A stretch of 64,000 nucleotides of DNA from Ilumatobacteraceae bacterium (GCA_963805445.1 CAWDUI010000012.1:391454-455453), one strand, 5' to 3'; counted from the stretch's first letter, positions 30,892 to 40,493 are shown. Notes: a model not told the origin generated them from the letters alone. Made by a program: numbers and translations.

Positions 30892-31548
30892 TCAGGTCTT
30901 GGTGGTCTTGCGGCGTGGTGCTGCGCGGACGTGGATGCGCTGGCCCTCTCTGCTCAGCAGGCTGAGGATCTCGACGGGCTGGTCGCCGGCGGCGCCGAAC
31001 CAGTGAGGGAGTCGTGTGTCGAACTCGGCGACTTCGCCTGGACCCATGGTGATGTCGTGGTCGGCGAGGATCAGGCGCATCTGCCCACTCAGCACGTACA
31101 GCCATTCGTAGCCCTCATGCGTGCGCAGCTCAGGTTCATTGCGCTCGGGCGGGATGATCACCTTCCAGGCGTGCATGCCACTTGGCTGCTGGGTCAGGGC
31201 GACGACGACACGACCTTTGCGCACTTGCGGGGTGAGCCGGATCCGAGGATCACCGACGTGGGGCGCTGCGACCAGTTCGTCGAGCGGGATCTTGTGGGCT
31301 TGGGCGATCGGGAGGAGCAACTCGAGGCTGGGTTTGCGTTGCCCGGCCTCGAGGCGGGAGAGGGTGCTCTTGGAGATCCCGGTTGCCGCGGCGAGTTCGG
31401 TGAGGGTCACGCCCCGCTGGGTTCGTACCCGCTTGAGGCGTGGGCCGACTTCGGCCAACACGTCGGTGATCGCTCGTGACTTCTCCACAGCGCCAGTCAA
31501 GTACCTTGACGACCGATGAGCCCACCGGATTCCCGGAAACGGCAACAA
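30892..31548 (-). CDS. XRE-family HTH regulator with C-terminal cupin domain
   Basis: The HTH is LKRVRTQRGVTLTELAAATGISKSTLSRLEAG. The cupin part is THEGYEWLYVLSG...GEVAEFDTRLPHWF. The true start may be internal. Confidence 0.75.
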   Translation of the reverse strand: MLPFPGIRWAHRSSRYLTGAVEKSRAITDVLAEVGPRLKRVRTQRGVTLTELAAATGISKSTLSRLEAGQRKPSLELLLPIAQAHKIPLDELVAAPHVGDPRIRLTPQVRKGRVVVALTQQPSGMHAWKVIIPPERNEPELRTHEGYEWLYVLSGQMRLILADHDITMGPGEVAEFDTRLPHWFGAAGDQPVEILSLLSREGQRIHVRAAPRRKTTKT

Positions 31549-31600
31549 ATGTTGGCATGATACGCGAAGTCAGTGCACTCTGGCGTCGGAGGTAATCGCT

Positions 31601-32548
31601 ATGGGAACGCACGATGAGATGTACGACGTGGTGATCGTCGGCGGCGGAGCCGCGGGTTTGAATGCTGCGCTGGTGCTGGGCCGGGCGCGGCGACGGGTTG
31701 CCGTGATCGACAGTGGCGCGCCACGTAACGCGCCGGCGGCGCACATGCAGGGATTCTTGTCCCGCGACGGAATGCCACCGGCCGAGTTGTTGGCAGTGGG
31801 CCGCGCCGAGGTGACCGGCTACGGCGTCGAGATCGTCAACGATCAGGTGCTGGCGATCGAGCCCGGATTCGCTGTTCGACTGGCCGGTGGCCAAGAGTTG
31901 ACGGCACGGCGCATCTTGGTGGCCACGGGCGTCGGCGACGAGCTCCCCGACATTCCGGGTGTTCGCGAGCGGTGGGGCAAGGACCTGTTGCATTGCCCCT
32001 ACTGCCACGGCTGGGAAGTACGCGACCAGGCCCTCGGCGTTCTCGGGACTCACCCGATGTCGGTGCAACATGCCCAACTGGTGCGGCAATGGTCGGATGA
32101 CGTCGCCTACTTCGTTCACACGAGCGATCTGGGCTCTGCCGAGCAAGCAGAACTGGAAGCTCGTGGGATCGGCATCGTCCACGGTGAAGTTGCCCGGCTC
32201 GTGATCGACGACGACCGGTTGACCGGGGTCGAGATGAGCAACGGTCAGGTGATTGCACGCACGGCGGTGTTCATCCGGCCAGGCAACGTTCCCCACGCCG
32301 ACGGTCTGCTGGCCGGGTTGGGTTGCAAGCTCGATCACGCCGGTTTCGTCACCGTCGATGCCACCGGGGCGACCAGCACCCCCGGCGTGTGGGCCGCGGG
32401 CAACGTCGTCGATCCGCGCGCCCAGGTGATCACCTCGGCCGGTGCCGGCTCGGCTGCGGCGATCGCCATCAACGCCGACCTGGTTCAAGAGGATGTCGAA
32501 CGCGCCGTCCACGACCACACCACCGCCAACGCGGCCAGAACCGTCTGA
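31601..32548 (+). CDS. NAD(P)/FAD-dependent oxidoreductase (thioredoxin-reductase-like)
   Basis: The motifs YDVVIVGGGAAGLNAALVLGRARR and CPYCHGWE are present. Confidence 0.75.
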   Translation: MGTHDEMYDVVIVGGGAAGLNAALVLGRARRRVAVIDSGAPRNAPAAHMQGFLSRDGMPPAELLAVGRAEVTGYGVEIVNDQVLAIEPGFAVRLAGGQELTARRILVATGVGDELPDIPGVRERWGKDLLHCPYCHGWEVRDQALGVLGTHPMSVQHAQLVRQWSDDVAYFVHTSDLGSAEQAELEARGIGIVHGEVARLVIDDDRLTGVEMSNGQVIARTAVFIRPGNVPHADGLLAGLGCKLDHAGFVTVDATGATSTPGVWAAGNVVDPRAQVITSAGAGSAAAIAINADLVQEDVERAVHDHTTANAARTV

Positions 32549-32701
32549 GGACCCAAGGCCCGAGCCTTGGACCGGTTGGGCGCGATCTCGGTAGTCGACG
32601 TACCGAAACCGAACCCGTGGAGCCTGGTCGGGCGCGCGGTGAGTAGGCGGGCTACCAAGTGGTGCCCGAGCGGCGCAACGAGGAAGCATGGCTGAGCAGG
32701 T

Positions 32702-33874
32702 TCAGGTCTCGGCGGGCACGCAGCTCGACGTGGGAGCCGCCCTGGTCTGGGTCGCATCGACCCGGTCGAGGCAGTAGGTCGTGATGGCGGCCCGTGTAGC
32801 TGCCAGCCGGTCGAGATCGGGACTCGGCGGGCTGCCGAGATGTTCGAACGGCATGCTTGACAGGCCGCTGAACACAGCCATCTGCAAGGCGTGGAGCCGC
32901 GCCACCTGCTCAGGATCGACAACGTGACACTCGTCGGCCAATCCCTCGATGTAGGCCGGGACGATCTCTTCATCGATGGCAGCGAGATCGTCCGCTGGCC
33001 GGCGGCCGATCTGCACATCTCCGAGCAAGAGCTGACCGAGATCGAAGCCGAGCGGAAGGGGCTTCCAGAACCCGAAATCGATCAGCACGAACGCATCGGG
33101 ACGTTCGGCGCCGAGCAGATTGTTGGGGCACGCGTCCCCGTGCCCGACGCAGTGCGGGGCATCGGCCAACTCCTCGACCCAGGCGGGCACGGCGTCGAGC
33201 GCATCGCACATCCGATCACGCAGTCCGTTGCCGAAGGCCTTGGCAAGTAACGGGTGCTCCCACAGTCGATCATCGAGGAGCATCGGTGCGACCTGATTCT
33301 CGAAGCGGCCGTGCAGGTAGTCGAGCACCGTCCATCGGTGATCGTCGATCTGAGCCAACGGCGCCACACGCGAGCTGCCGGCGAGCCGGCCGAGCAGGTA
33401 GGCGGCGCGCTTGTATCGATCGCGATCCCACGGCCAATCTTGCACTGGCACCGCTTCGAGCCAGATGACGCTGGAGAGCTCGTCGAGGTCGATGACAGCG
33501 AGGGCCCGCGGCATCGTCAGACCTTCTGGGAGCCGGAGTGCAAGGTCGGAGCGGTAGATGCAGGGTTCGGTGCGCCACGGGACCGACGCGGCAGCCATCT
33601 CGCGGAGCTCCGGCGGCACGAACTCGAACTGCTGCGACCGCGACCAGTTCTGCACGTGCTTGACGAAGATCCGAAACGGCGTCTCGCCGTTCGGAGTCAC
33701 GGCGTGGCCGCTGACCCACCAACGGCCAGCCGTCGTGATCGCCGGGAGGTCATAGTCGACTACGTCGACGCGGACCTCGCCCAGATCGACCGTTTCCTCA
33801 CCGAGCAGGTCGGCCACCATCGCAGCAAGCAGGTCGTCAGTGACGTCTGCAGCGCCGAGCAGTTCACGCGTCAT
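32702..33874 (-). CDS. phosphotransferase (APH/choline-kinase-like) family protein
   Basis: The catalytic loop HCVGHGDACPNNLL and the segment VLIDFGFW are present. Confidence 0.7.
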   Translation of the reverse strand: MTRELLGAADVTDDLLAAMVADLLGEETVDLGEVRVDVVDYDLPAITTAGRWWVSGHAVTPNGETPFRIFVKHVQNWSRSQQFEFVPPELREMAAASVPWRTEPCIYRSDLALRLPEGLTMPRALAVIDLDELSSVIWLEAVPVQDWPWDRDRYKRAAYLLGRLAGSSRVAPLAQIDDHRWTVLDYLHGRFENQVAPMLLDDRLWEHPLLAKAFGNGLRDRMCDALDAVPAWVEELADAPHCVGHGDACPNNLLGAERPDAFVLIDFGFWKPLPLGFDLGQLLLGDVQIGRRPADDLAAIDEEIVPAYIEGLADECHVVDPEQVARLHALQMAVFSGLSSMPFEHLGSPPSPDLDRLAATRAAITTYCLDRVDATQTRAAPTSSCVPAET

Positions 33875-33918
33875 GAAGGAAACTTACTTTACTACCCTGC
33901 TGATTGTAAAGTAGATTT

Positions 33919-34332
33919 ATGAACGATGAGCATCACGTCCTGTACGTGCTCGGCCTGCTCTGGGAGGAGGCTCGACAGCTCATCATCCGTGACGGCGAGG
34001 ATGGCCTTCGCCCCTCGCAGTTACGCGTGATCGGCAGCGTGCCACCCGACCGTGGAATCACCGTCACGGACCTGGCCGAGCGGGTCGGCATGACCAAGCA
34101 AGGAATCGGGCAGTTCGTCACCCAGCTGACCCACGACGGTTACCTGATCACGGAGTCCGACCCCAACGACGGACGGATGCGCATCGTCCGCCGAACTCCC
34201 CTCGGCGACGAAGCCACGGATCGCCTTGCCCAAATGCTGCAGGGTCTGGAGAAGGATTGGGCCGAACGGGTGGGTAAGCGGCGTTATCGAGACTTCCGCT
34301 CCATGCTCGACGAGATCGCCCGCGTCGACTGA
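33919..34332 (+). CDS. MarR-family transcriptional regulator
   Basis: The wHTH is ...ITVTDLAERVGMTKQGIGQFVTQLTHDGYLITESDPNDGRMRIV. Confidence 0.8.
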   Translation: MNDEHHVLYVLGLLWEEARQLIIRDGEDGLRPSQLRVIGSVPPDRGITVTDLAERVGMTKQGIGQFVTQLTHDGYLITESDPNDGRMRIVRRTPLGDEATDRLAQMLQGLEKDWAERVGKRRYRDFRSMLDEIARVD

Positions 34333-34347
34333 CCACGTCCAGCGCTG

Positions 34348-34689
34348 TTACGGAGCGTGCTGATGTTCGGCCCAGCGTTGCGACCATCGATCGAGCGGGT
34401 TGAGAGCCGACCCGAGGTCTGCGCCGAGAGGGGTGAGCGCGTAGTCGCCGCCGTCATGTTGATCGATGAGCCCAGCCGCGCGGAGTTCGCCCAGTCGCTC
34501 GTAGAGCACGCTCGACGACATTCCATCGCACCGCAGGCGCAATGCTCGAGCACCGAGCGGTTCGGTTCGCAACTCCCACAACAGCCGCAGCGCCCAGCGC
34601 CGGCCCAGTAGATCGAGTGCGGCCATCAGCGGCCGCCCGGTCCTGGAGCCGCGGACTGCGCGGCCCGGTTGCGGAATTCGACGTGTCAT
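34348..34689 (-). CDS. HxlR-family transcriptional regulator
   Basis: The sequence includes ALDLLGRRWALRLLWEL...LSSSVLYERLGELRAAGLI. It is divergent from a CMD-family gene. Confidence 0.75.
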   Translation of the reverse strand: MTRRIPQPGRAVRGSRTGRPLMAALDLLGRRWALRLLWELRTEPLGARALRLRCDGMSSSVLYERLGELRAAGLIDQHDGGDYALTPLGADLGSALNPLDRWSQRWAEHQHAP

Positions 34690-34763
34690 GGTTCACCTTG
34701 CCGTTTCGGTTATCGAAACATACTATTCGAAACGTGTTCTGAAATCGAAACACCCGAGGAGAT

Positions 34764-35333
34764 GTGATGGCCCGAATCCAACCCGTCAACCCGCCCTACG
34801 ACGACGCGACCGGTGAGCAACTCGCCGGGATGATGCCGGCAGGGGCCGAACCGATCCTGCTGTTCAGAACGTTCGCGAAGAACCTGCCGATGACCACCGC
34901 GATGAGACCGTGGGGAAGCTACGAGCTCAGCAGCAAGCTCTCCTTGTCGATGCGCGACCGCGAGATCCTGATCGACCGGACCTGCGCTCGCTGCCGATGC
35001 GAGTACGAGTGGGGCGTGCACGTCGCGTTCTTCGCCCAACGCGTCGGCTTGGACCCAGCGCAGATCGCCTCCATCACCCACGGCAATGCAACCGACTCAT
35101 GCTGGACCGACGAACGCGACCGGCTACTCATTCGCGCCGCGGATGCGCTCCACGACAACGCCAACATCGACGATGTGCTCGACGATCAACTGGCTGCCGA
35201 GTTCGCCGAGAACGAACTGCTCGACATCTACATGCTCTGCGGGTGGTATCACGCCATCAGCTACACAGCGAACGCCGCGGGCGTCGACCGGGAGGCAGGA
35301 GCACCGACCTTCGCCGATCACCAACCGACGTGA
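34764..35333 (+). CDS. carboxymuconolactone decarboxylase-family protein
   Basis: The sequence includes ...REILIDRTCARCRCEYEWGVHVAF... Confidence 0.65.
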   Translation: MMARIQPVNPPYDDATGEQLAGMMPAGAEPILLFRTFAKNLPMTTAMRPWGSYELSSKLSLSMRDREILIDRTCARCRCEYEWGVHVAFFAQRVGLDPAQIASITHGNATDSCWTDERDRLLIRAADALHDNANIDDVLDDQLAAEFAENELLDIYMLCGWYHAISYTANAAGVDREAGAPTFADHQPT

Positions 35334-36070
35334 TCACCTCTACGGAGTTCGGGCGCAACCGCAAGCGCTGTCTCCCGAAGTTGGTGGCACGGACCACACT
35401 CCGCGGAACGTGTATGGAGCCCGAAGCAGAGCGGAGCAACAACTCTCGTGCGGTCTGACGGCAGTTCGGGCAGTTGGTGTGGCACGACGCTGCCGAGCAG
35501 GATCACCGCCTGACCCGGTCTGCCAACCACCGTGCGTCGACCGCGAGTTGGGTCACGTCGGATGTCTTCGATCGAGTCACTGGCTCGACCCGGCCACAAC
35601 CAGAGCGGGTGTCCACCGGGCGTGTCGTCATGGACGATGACAATTGCCGTCACGTCGCAGCCCTCGATGTCCCGGTGCGGCCCGAGGTGCTGATGACCGT
35701 TGTAGATCGAGTAGCTGGCGTGCGGCCCGAGTGGTTGCCAGCGAACCCCGGTGAGCTCATACAACGCCATCGCCAACCCCACGTCGGCATACAGTTGATC
35801 GAGCGCCGGTCCGGCGTCGACGTGTTCGAGCGAACGCTCGGGATCTCCGCGGCGGTCATCGTTGTGTTCGGCGCGTTCGGCGCGCTTGGCCCGCTGCCAG
35901 CCTGCGGCAACCTCCGAACGCAGCACATCGAGCCCGGAGGCGTCCAGCAGGTCGATCGCGACGATGCCACCGGCACGGGCGAGTTGCGACGAAGCCAGGG
36001 CCTGTGCCTGAGGACCCACCGCAGCAATGCGGTCAATCGTGCGGGTCTCGGTCGAGGTCATCGTCACCAC
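35318..36070 (-). CDS. 2OG-Fe(II) oxygenase-like protein (last gene of the protease/rSAM operon)
   Basis: An H-x-D...H pattern is present (YNGHQHLGPHRDIEG ... AVILLGSVVPHQL ... RTRVV). GTG 36070 is 5 nt after the preceding stop. Confidence 0.55.
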   Translation of the reverse strand: MVTMTSTETRTIDRIAAVGPQAQALASSQLARAGGIVAIDLLDASGLDVLRSEVAAGWQRAKRAERAEHNDDRRGDPERSLEHVDAGPALDQLYADVGLAMALYELTGVRWQPLGPHASYSIYNGHQHLGPHRDIEGCDVTAIVIVHDDTPGGHPLWLWPGRASDSIEDIRRDPTRGRRTVVGRPGQAVILLGSVVPHQLPELPSDRTRVVAPLCFGLHTRSAECGPCHQLRETALAVAPELRRGDHVGW

Positions 36071-36075
36071 ACCCG

Positions 36076-36429
36076 TCAGCTGAACGAGACCGGACCGAAA
36101 TCGATCGGACGATCCCTGACGATCGTCTCAATCGCTCGAGAAATGGAACGTGGTATCGGTGGATTCGAGAATTCGCCGTTCACCTCGTCGCCGAGCAAGG
36201 AGGCAACGTCATCCGACGGCACGCTGAGAGCGAAGCTGACACCGACCAGCGGACCGGTCTCACACCCTCGATCGGCGAAGTACTGGACGACCCGTGCGGC
36301 TGTCCGCGGTGACGGTGCGAGATCTGCGACCGTGTCCGACGTGGTGTTGGCGGTCGTGATCTTTGCGCCGGACGCCGGCTTGAGCAGCACCAGGACGGTC
36401 TCCGCGTTTCGCTCGGTCACGGCCACCAC
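36076..36429 (-). CDS. hypothetical protein resembling the N-terminal (propeptide-like) region of the adjacent S8 protease
   Basis: GTG 36429 is 1 nt after the rSAM stop. VVQYFADRGCETGPLVGVSFALSVPSDDVASLL...IETIVRDRPIDF aligns by eye with the protease segment VTRLQGLGFEVLQVSRTTINIAGPASLYEQVF...LEGVAIERPIYW. Confidence 0.5.
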   Translation of the reverse strand: MVAVTERNAETVLVLLKPASGAKITTANTTSDTVADLAPSPRTAARVVQYFADRGCETGPLVGVSFALSVPSDDVASLLGDEVNGEFSNPPIPRSISRAIETIVRDRPIDFGPVSFS

Positions 36430-36430
36430 G

Positions 36431-38372
36431 CTACGACTGTCCCGCACCAACGCCCAGCAGAGCGAGTCGGCGTCCGTACCGCGGGCGCTCGTCCGGCTCG
36501 TAGTGGCGAGCCGGACTGCGAACAGCAAGGCTGAGACACTCGCGCCGTTGCACGAGCATCAGCCGGTTCGCAACGCACCAGTTCACGAACTCGGCCAGCA
36601 GCGTGGCTGTCGCGCCTGCCGCTGTCACGATCGGCATCAAGTCGGCTGCCGCGGTCGTGTGATCGCAAGCGAGGTAGACCGCGGCTTGCCAGCCGGTGAA
36701 CTCGTAGCGGTGCACCATGGCCTCGCGCACTGTCGACCAACACGACGTGGTCGTCGTCGCTGACGATCTGGTTGAGGGTGCCTCGCGGACCTTGTTGCCA
36801 CGTCTCGATCGCCGCTCGCACGTTGCGCGTGTAGCTGTCGTTCTGGTTCGCGGGCGGCTGGGTGAACTCGAAGTAGTAGGCCATCCGAGCCAGCGCTTCG
36901 GTGTCAGCGGGGTACAGCCACCGGTACGGCGCCATCGGGGTCACACCCGTGATCCCAAAGGCCTCGGGATCGTTGTGATAGGGGCTGAATCGGTCGAGAC
37001 GAATCGGCCCACACGCAGTCGGCGGTTGGAGATGACTGATCGCCGCAATCACGTTCAACATGGAGTCGTAGTCTTCGGCTGTCTCCCCTGGCACGCCATA
37101 CAAGACATTCCAGTCCGCGGTGACTCCGTGCTCGGCGCACCATTTCAGCAACTGGACGTTCTTCAGTGTGGATGTCCCCTTGCGCATCAGATCCAGCACA
37201 TGGTCGCTCAGGCTCTCGATCCCCGGCTGGATCTCGTACACCCCCGCTGCGAACAACGTCTCGATCTGGCGATTCGTGAGGCTGGACTTGACCTCGTAGA
37301 AGATGTTCAGGCCGGGCAACTCGGTGGCGACGCGTGGTAGGAACGTGCGGAAGTAGCGCATGTCGAGGATGTTGTCGACGAACCCGATGCGTTGACTTGC
37401 AAACTTCTCGACCAACGCCTCGAGTTCATCGAACGCTCGGTCCGGCGACTTCGACCGGTAGGCCATCGCCCCGCCGTTGAGCCCGCAGAACGTGCAATGT
37501 GAATGCGCTCCCCACCAGCATCCACGGGATGTCTCCATCAAGACGATCGGGACCAGGTCGGCTGTCACCGAACAGGCCTCGAACCCGGCGACGAAGTCGT
37601 CGAAGTTGGGCAAGGGCAGTCGGTCGAGATCATCGATCGGCACGGAGGGACCGGTCGGTGCAGAGGTGCCGTCGTCGAGTCGCCGAACGATGCCCGGAAG
37701 GGCCGTCAACGCAGTCGTCACGTCGGACGACGCGAGCGCATCCAACAACGCCGGGAACGTGCTGTCAGCCTCGCCCGAGCAGGCGATGTCGACGAATGGG
37801 TATTGACGATGGAGCTCAACACCCATCTCGCCCTCCCAATTCGCACCGCCGAAGACAATCTCGAGGTGTGGAAATTGTCTCGACAGTCGACGAGCGAGGG
37901 CGAGTGAAGCGATGTTCTGCTGAAAGGTAGACGTGAACCCGACAACATCGACATCGGCCCACGGCACTGCCGCCGCACATCGCTCGAGAAAGGGCTCGAC
38001 CCAATCTCGCATCCGCAGCAGCCGGGCGATGTCGTGCTCGGCTAGACACCACTTCTGGCGAAGGACATGATCGATGTATCCGCTGTCGCGAGTTGCGTCA
38101 GGCCCGTGCAGATCGGCGGTGAACAGCCAATCGCCGGCGAAGGCCGTGTATGGCAGCTCGTTGCACACCCAGAGGTAATCATCAAGGCCCACACACTCCG
38201 CGAAGGTGAATCCGAAGTAGTGACTCCTGCACTGATGACCGGCCCGCTGAGCACCGGCCTGCAGAAGCCCGAGCCCGAGTGACGGGCGTTCGAGTGCGCC
38301 GAACGGCATCGAGACGAGGGCGACGCGAAGCGCCGGCCCTCGGTCTCGACCGACCTCACAGCCCGAGATCAT
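36431..38372 (-). pseudogene. B12-binding radical SAM enzyme, RiPP-maturation C-methyltransferase type (TIGR03975-like); one frame change near the C-terminus
   Basis: ATG 38372 begins MISGCEVGRDRGPALRVALVSMPFGALERPSLGLGLL. The cluster motif is ETSRGCWWGAHSHCTFCGLNG. The C-terminal about 100 aa (REAMVHRYEFTGWQAAVYLACD...ECLSLAV) is in the 36431..36730 frame, with the shift near 36735. Confidence 0.7.
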
Positions 38373-40266
38373 TTCCACTGTCGATGATGACCTGTTCGAG
38401 GTAGGCGACGTCTTCCGGTGTGAGGCCGACTCCAGCGGACTGAGGCTGTGATTCACCGACGACATCACTCGCCGGGCCGACGGGACCGGGCCCGACGGGA
38501 CCAATGGGCTGAATCGGGTTGATGGGCTGGATCGGCTGCACCGGCAAGATCGGTTGGATCGGTTGAACCGGCTGAACCGGTTGAACCGGTTGAACCGGTT
38601 GAACGGGCAGGATCGGCTGGATCGGCTTGACCGGTTGGATCGGATTGATCGGCTGGATCGGCTGCACCGGCAGGATCGGCTGAATCGGCTGGATCGGTTG
38701 GACGATGATCGGCTGGATGGGCCCGATCGGTAGACAGCGCAGCTTGGCACTGAGGACGGCCTTGTGCGCGTCGACCAGACCGGCTCCGGTCGCGGTGTCG
38801 GGACCGACCCCGGCGACACCGGGTGTGTTCGGGTTGCTCGTTCCAGTCGTCACGTCGCGGGCAGTCACCTTCATGATGTCGCGCACGTCGGCCGGCGTCA
38901 GTTTGGGACATGCCTGCTTGATCAGCGCGGCGACCCCGGCCAGCTGCGGCGCTGCGGCTGACGTGCCGCTGATGGCCGCCCACCCGTCGTTGCTCAACGT
39001 CTCGTCGGCATTGGGGTGAGTCCCACCGGCAACCTGCACGTCGATCTGACAGCCTGCGGGCAGCGGAAGCATGATGTACGCCGCGTGAGGCAGCATGCCG
39101 ACGAGTCCGCACACGTCCGGCGATTGGCGTCCGGGGTAGATGTTGCTGACGAAGCCGCTCGCGTAGTTCGAAGCCTGAAGAGCGCCGTTGTGGTCCATGA
39201 ACACGCCGCCGGCCGAGATGACATCGGGGTGCTGACCCGGGAAGCCCCAATGCCCGTTGCCGGCCGAGAAGATGACGACGATCCCGTTGGCAACGGCCGA
39301 TGCAATCGCTGCTGCCAGCGCGAGATCCGCGGCGCCCAGTGGCCCGAACCTGTTGTCCGACCCCCAGCTGTTGGTGATGATGTGCGGGTTCATCGCGACA
39401 GCGGCATTGAAGCCGCCGGTGGAATTGGCGAAGTTGATCTTCAGCATCGTGTAGTCGACGTCAGGTGCGACCGCGAAGATGTTGGCCGACTCTGCGGTGC
39501 CGTGGCCGTTCTCGTCGACTGCCGGGTTCACTGCGCCCGGTCCGGCGACCGTCGCAGAGAAGCGGTAGCCACGCTGCACGAAATACGGATGTGGCTCCCA
39601 ACCCGAATCGGTTGACATCACCTTGATCCCGCTGCCTGTGATGCCGCTGCGGTGGGCGCGATCTGCGTTGATGCCGAGCGACACGTCACTGGGAACGTCG
39701 AGGTGCCAATACGCCTTCGGTGGCGGGAAGGCGTCTGGAGCCATCCAGTAGATCGGGCGCTCGATCGCAACGCCTTCGAGAACATCTGAAAGCGGCGAGC
39801 TGCCGGTCTGGATGAAGCCGGGCATGTCGGTATCGAGTGATTCGATGAACGTCGCGCTCTCGACCACTCCCCCGCTCTTGCGGGTCTCGCGCTCTTGCGC
39901 AGCGAGCTTGGTGTCGAAGACCTGTTCGTAGAGTGATGCCGGCCCGGCGATGTTGATCGTCGTGCGAGACACCTGCAGCACCTCGAAACCGAGACCCTGT
40001 AGCCGTGTCACGGAATCCCGGATGAGGTAGTCCTCCGACGCGTAGTTGACGACGTTCGACGCCGAGATCTCACCGGCAGAGAACAGCGGAACGCCGCCGA
40101 CGGATTTCGGCGACGCTTGGGCGAAGATGCGATCTGGCAGGCCGCCGCTCGGCGACTTCGCACGTCTCGAACCACCGCCCGACGTCCGTGCCGGTCGTTG
40201 ACCGCCTTTCGACTTCGCAGACCTCGATGCTGCTGCCGCTTTCGCAGGTGCCTTCTTCGCAGCCAT
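38356..40266 (-). CDS. S8 (subtilisin-like) serine protease with a basic N-terminal tail, no signal peptide, and a C-terminal P-[IV]-X triplet-repeat tract
   Basis: A GGGAGG Shine-Dalgarno precedes ATG 40266. The catalytic triad is D (VMSTDSG), H (ENGHGTAES) and S (ISGTSAAAPQLAG). The protein is 635 aa and intact. Confidence 0.8.
   Translation of the reverse strand: MAAKKAPAKAAAASRSAKSKGGQRPARTSGGGSRRAKSPSGGLPDRIFAQASPKSVGGVPLFSAGEISASNVVNYASEDYLIRDSVTRLQGLGFEVLQVSRTTINIAGPASLYEQVFDTKLAAQERETRKSGGVVESATFIESLDTDMPGFIQTGSSPLSDVLEGVAIERPIYWMAPDAFPPPKAYWHLDVPSDVSLGINADRAHRSGITGSGIKVMSTDSGWEPHPYFVQRGYRFSATVAGPGAVNPAVDENGHGTAESANIFAVAPDVDYTMLKINFANSTGGFNAAVAMNPHIITNSWGSDNRFGPLGAADLALAAAIASAVANGIVVIFSAGNGHWGFPGQHPDVISAGGVFMDHNGALQASNYASGFVSNIYPGRQSPDVCGLVGMLPHAAYIMLPLPAGCQIDVQVAGGTHPNADETLSNDGWAAISGTSAAAPQLAGVAALIKQACPKLTPADVRDIMKVTARDVTTGTSNPNTPGVAGVGPDTATGAGLVDAHKAVLSAKLRCLPIGPIQPIIVQPIQPIQPILPVQPIQPINPIQPVKPIQPILPVQPVQPVQPVQPVQPIQPILPVQPIQPINPIQPIGPVGPGPVGPASDVVGESQPQSAGVGLTPEDVAYLEQVIIDSGNDLGL
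38473..38730 (-). repeat. in-frame 9-bp-periodic coding repeat encoding 86 aa of P-[IV]-X triplets
   Basis: The tract reads PIG PIQ PII VQ PIQ PIQ PIL PVQ PIQ PIN PIQ PVK PIQ PIL PVQ PVQ PVQ PVQ PVQ PIQ PIL PVQ PIQ PIN PIQ PIG PVG PGP VGP. Positions 38561-38604 hold five near-identical GGYTGAACC units. Confidence 0.9.
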
Positions 40267-40493
40267 GATTGCCTCCCGTTGATCAAGCAATTTGCTACTC
40301 AATGGAGCCGCGCCCGCGGAACTGTGATACGCGGGACTCTCGCAACTGCGCCTCACACCGCGACGGCTGTCTCGTGAGCGGAGTCCGGCAGACATTCCAT
40401 CCTCCGCCATCAGGTCTTCGACGGGCTCGGCGAGGAAGGTAGCGTGAGGTCACGTCGGCGGGATCTCAATGCTGTTGTAACGAGGAGTGCGTC

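Noticed and set aside
38473-38730. The periodic repeat considered as a CRISPR array or non-coding satellite.
   Set aside because: The period is 9 bp with no spacers. It lies in frame inside a long intact protease ORF.
38373-38819. A 149-aa N-terminal extension of the radical SAM ORF (36417..38819) with striking SRSSRS / NRFNRF repeats.
   Set aside because: It is the alternate-frame reading of the 9-bp coding repeat of the upstream protease gene. The rSAM has a plausible ATG at 38372, followed directly by the conserved VALVSMPF N-terminus.
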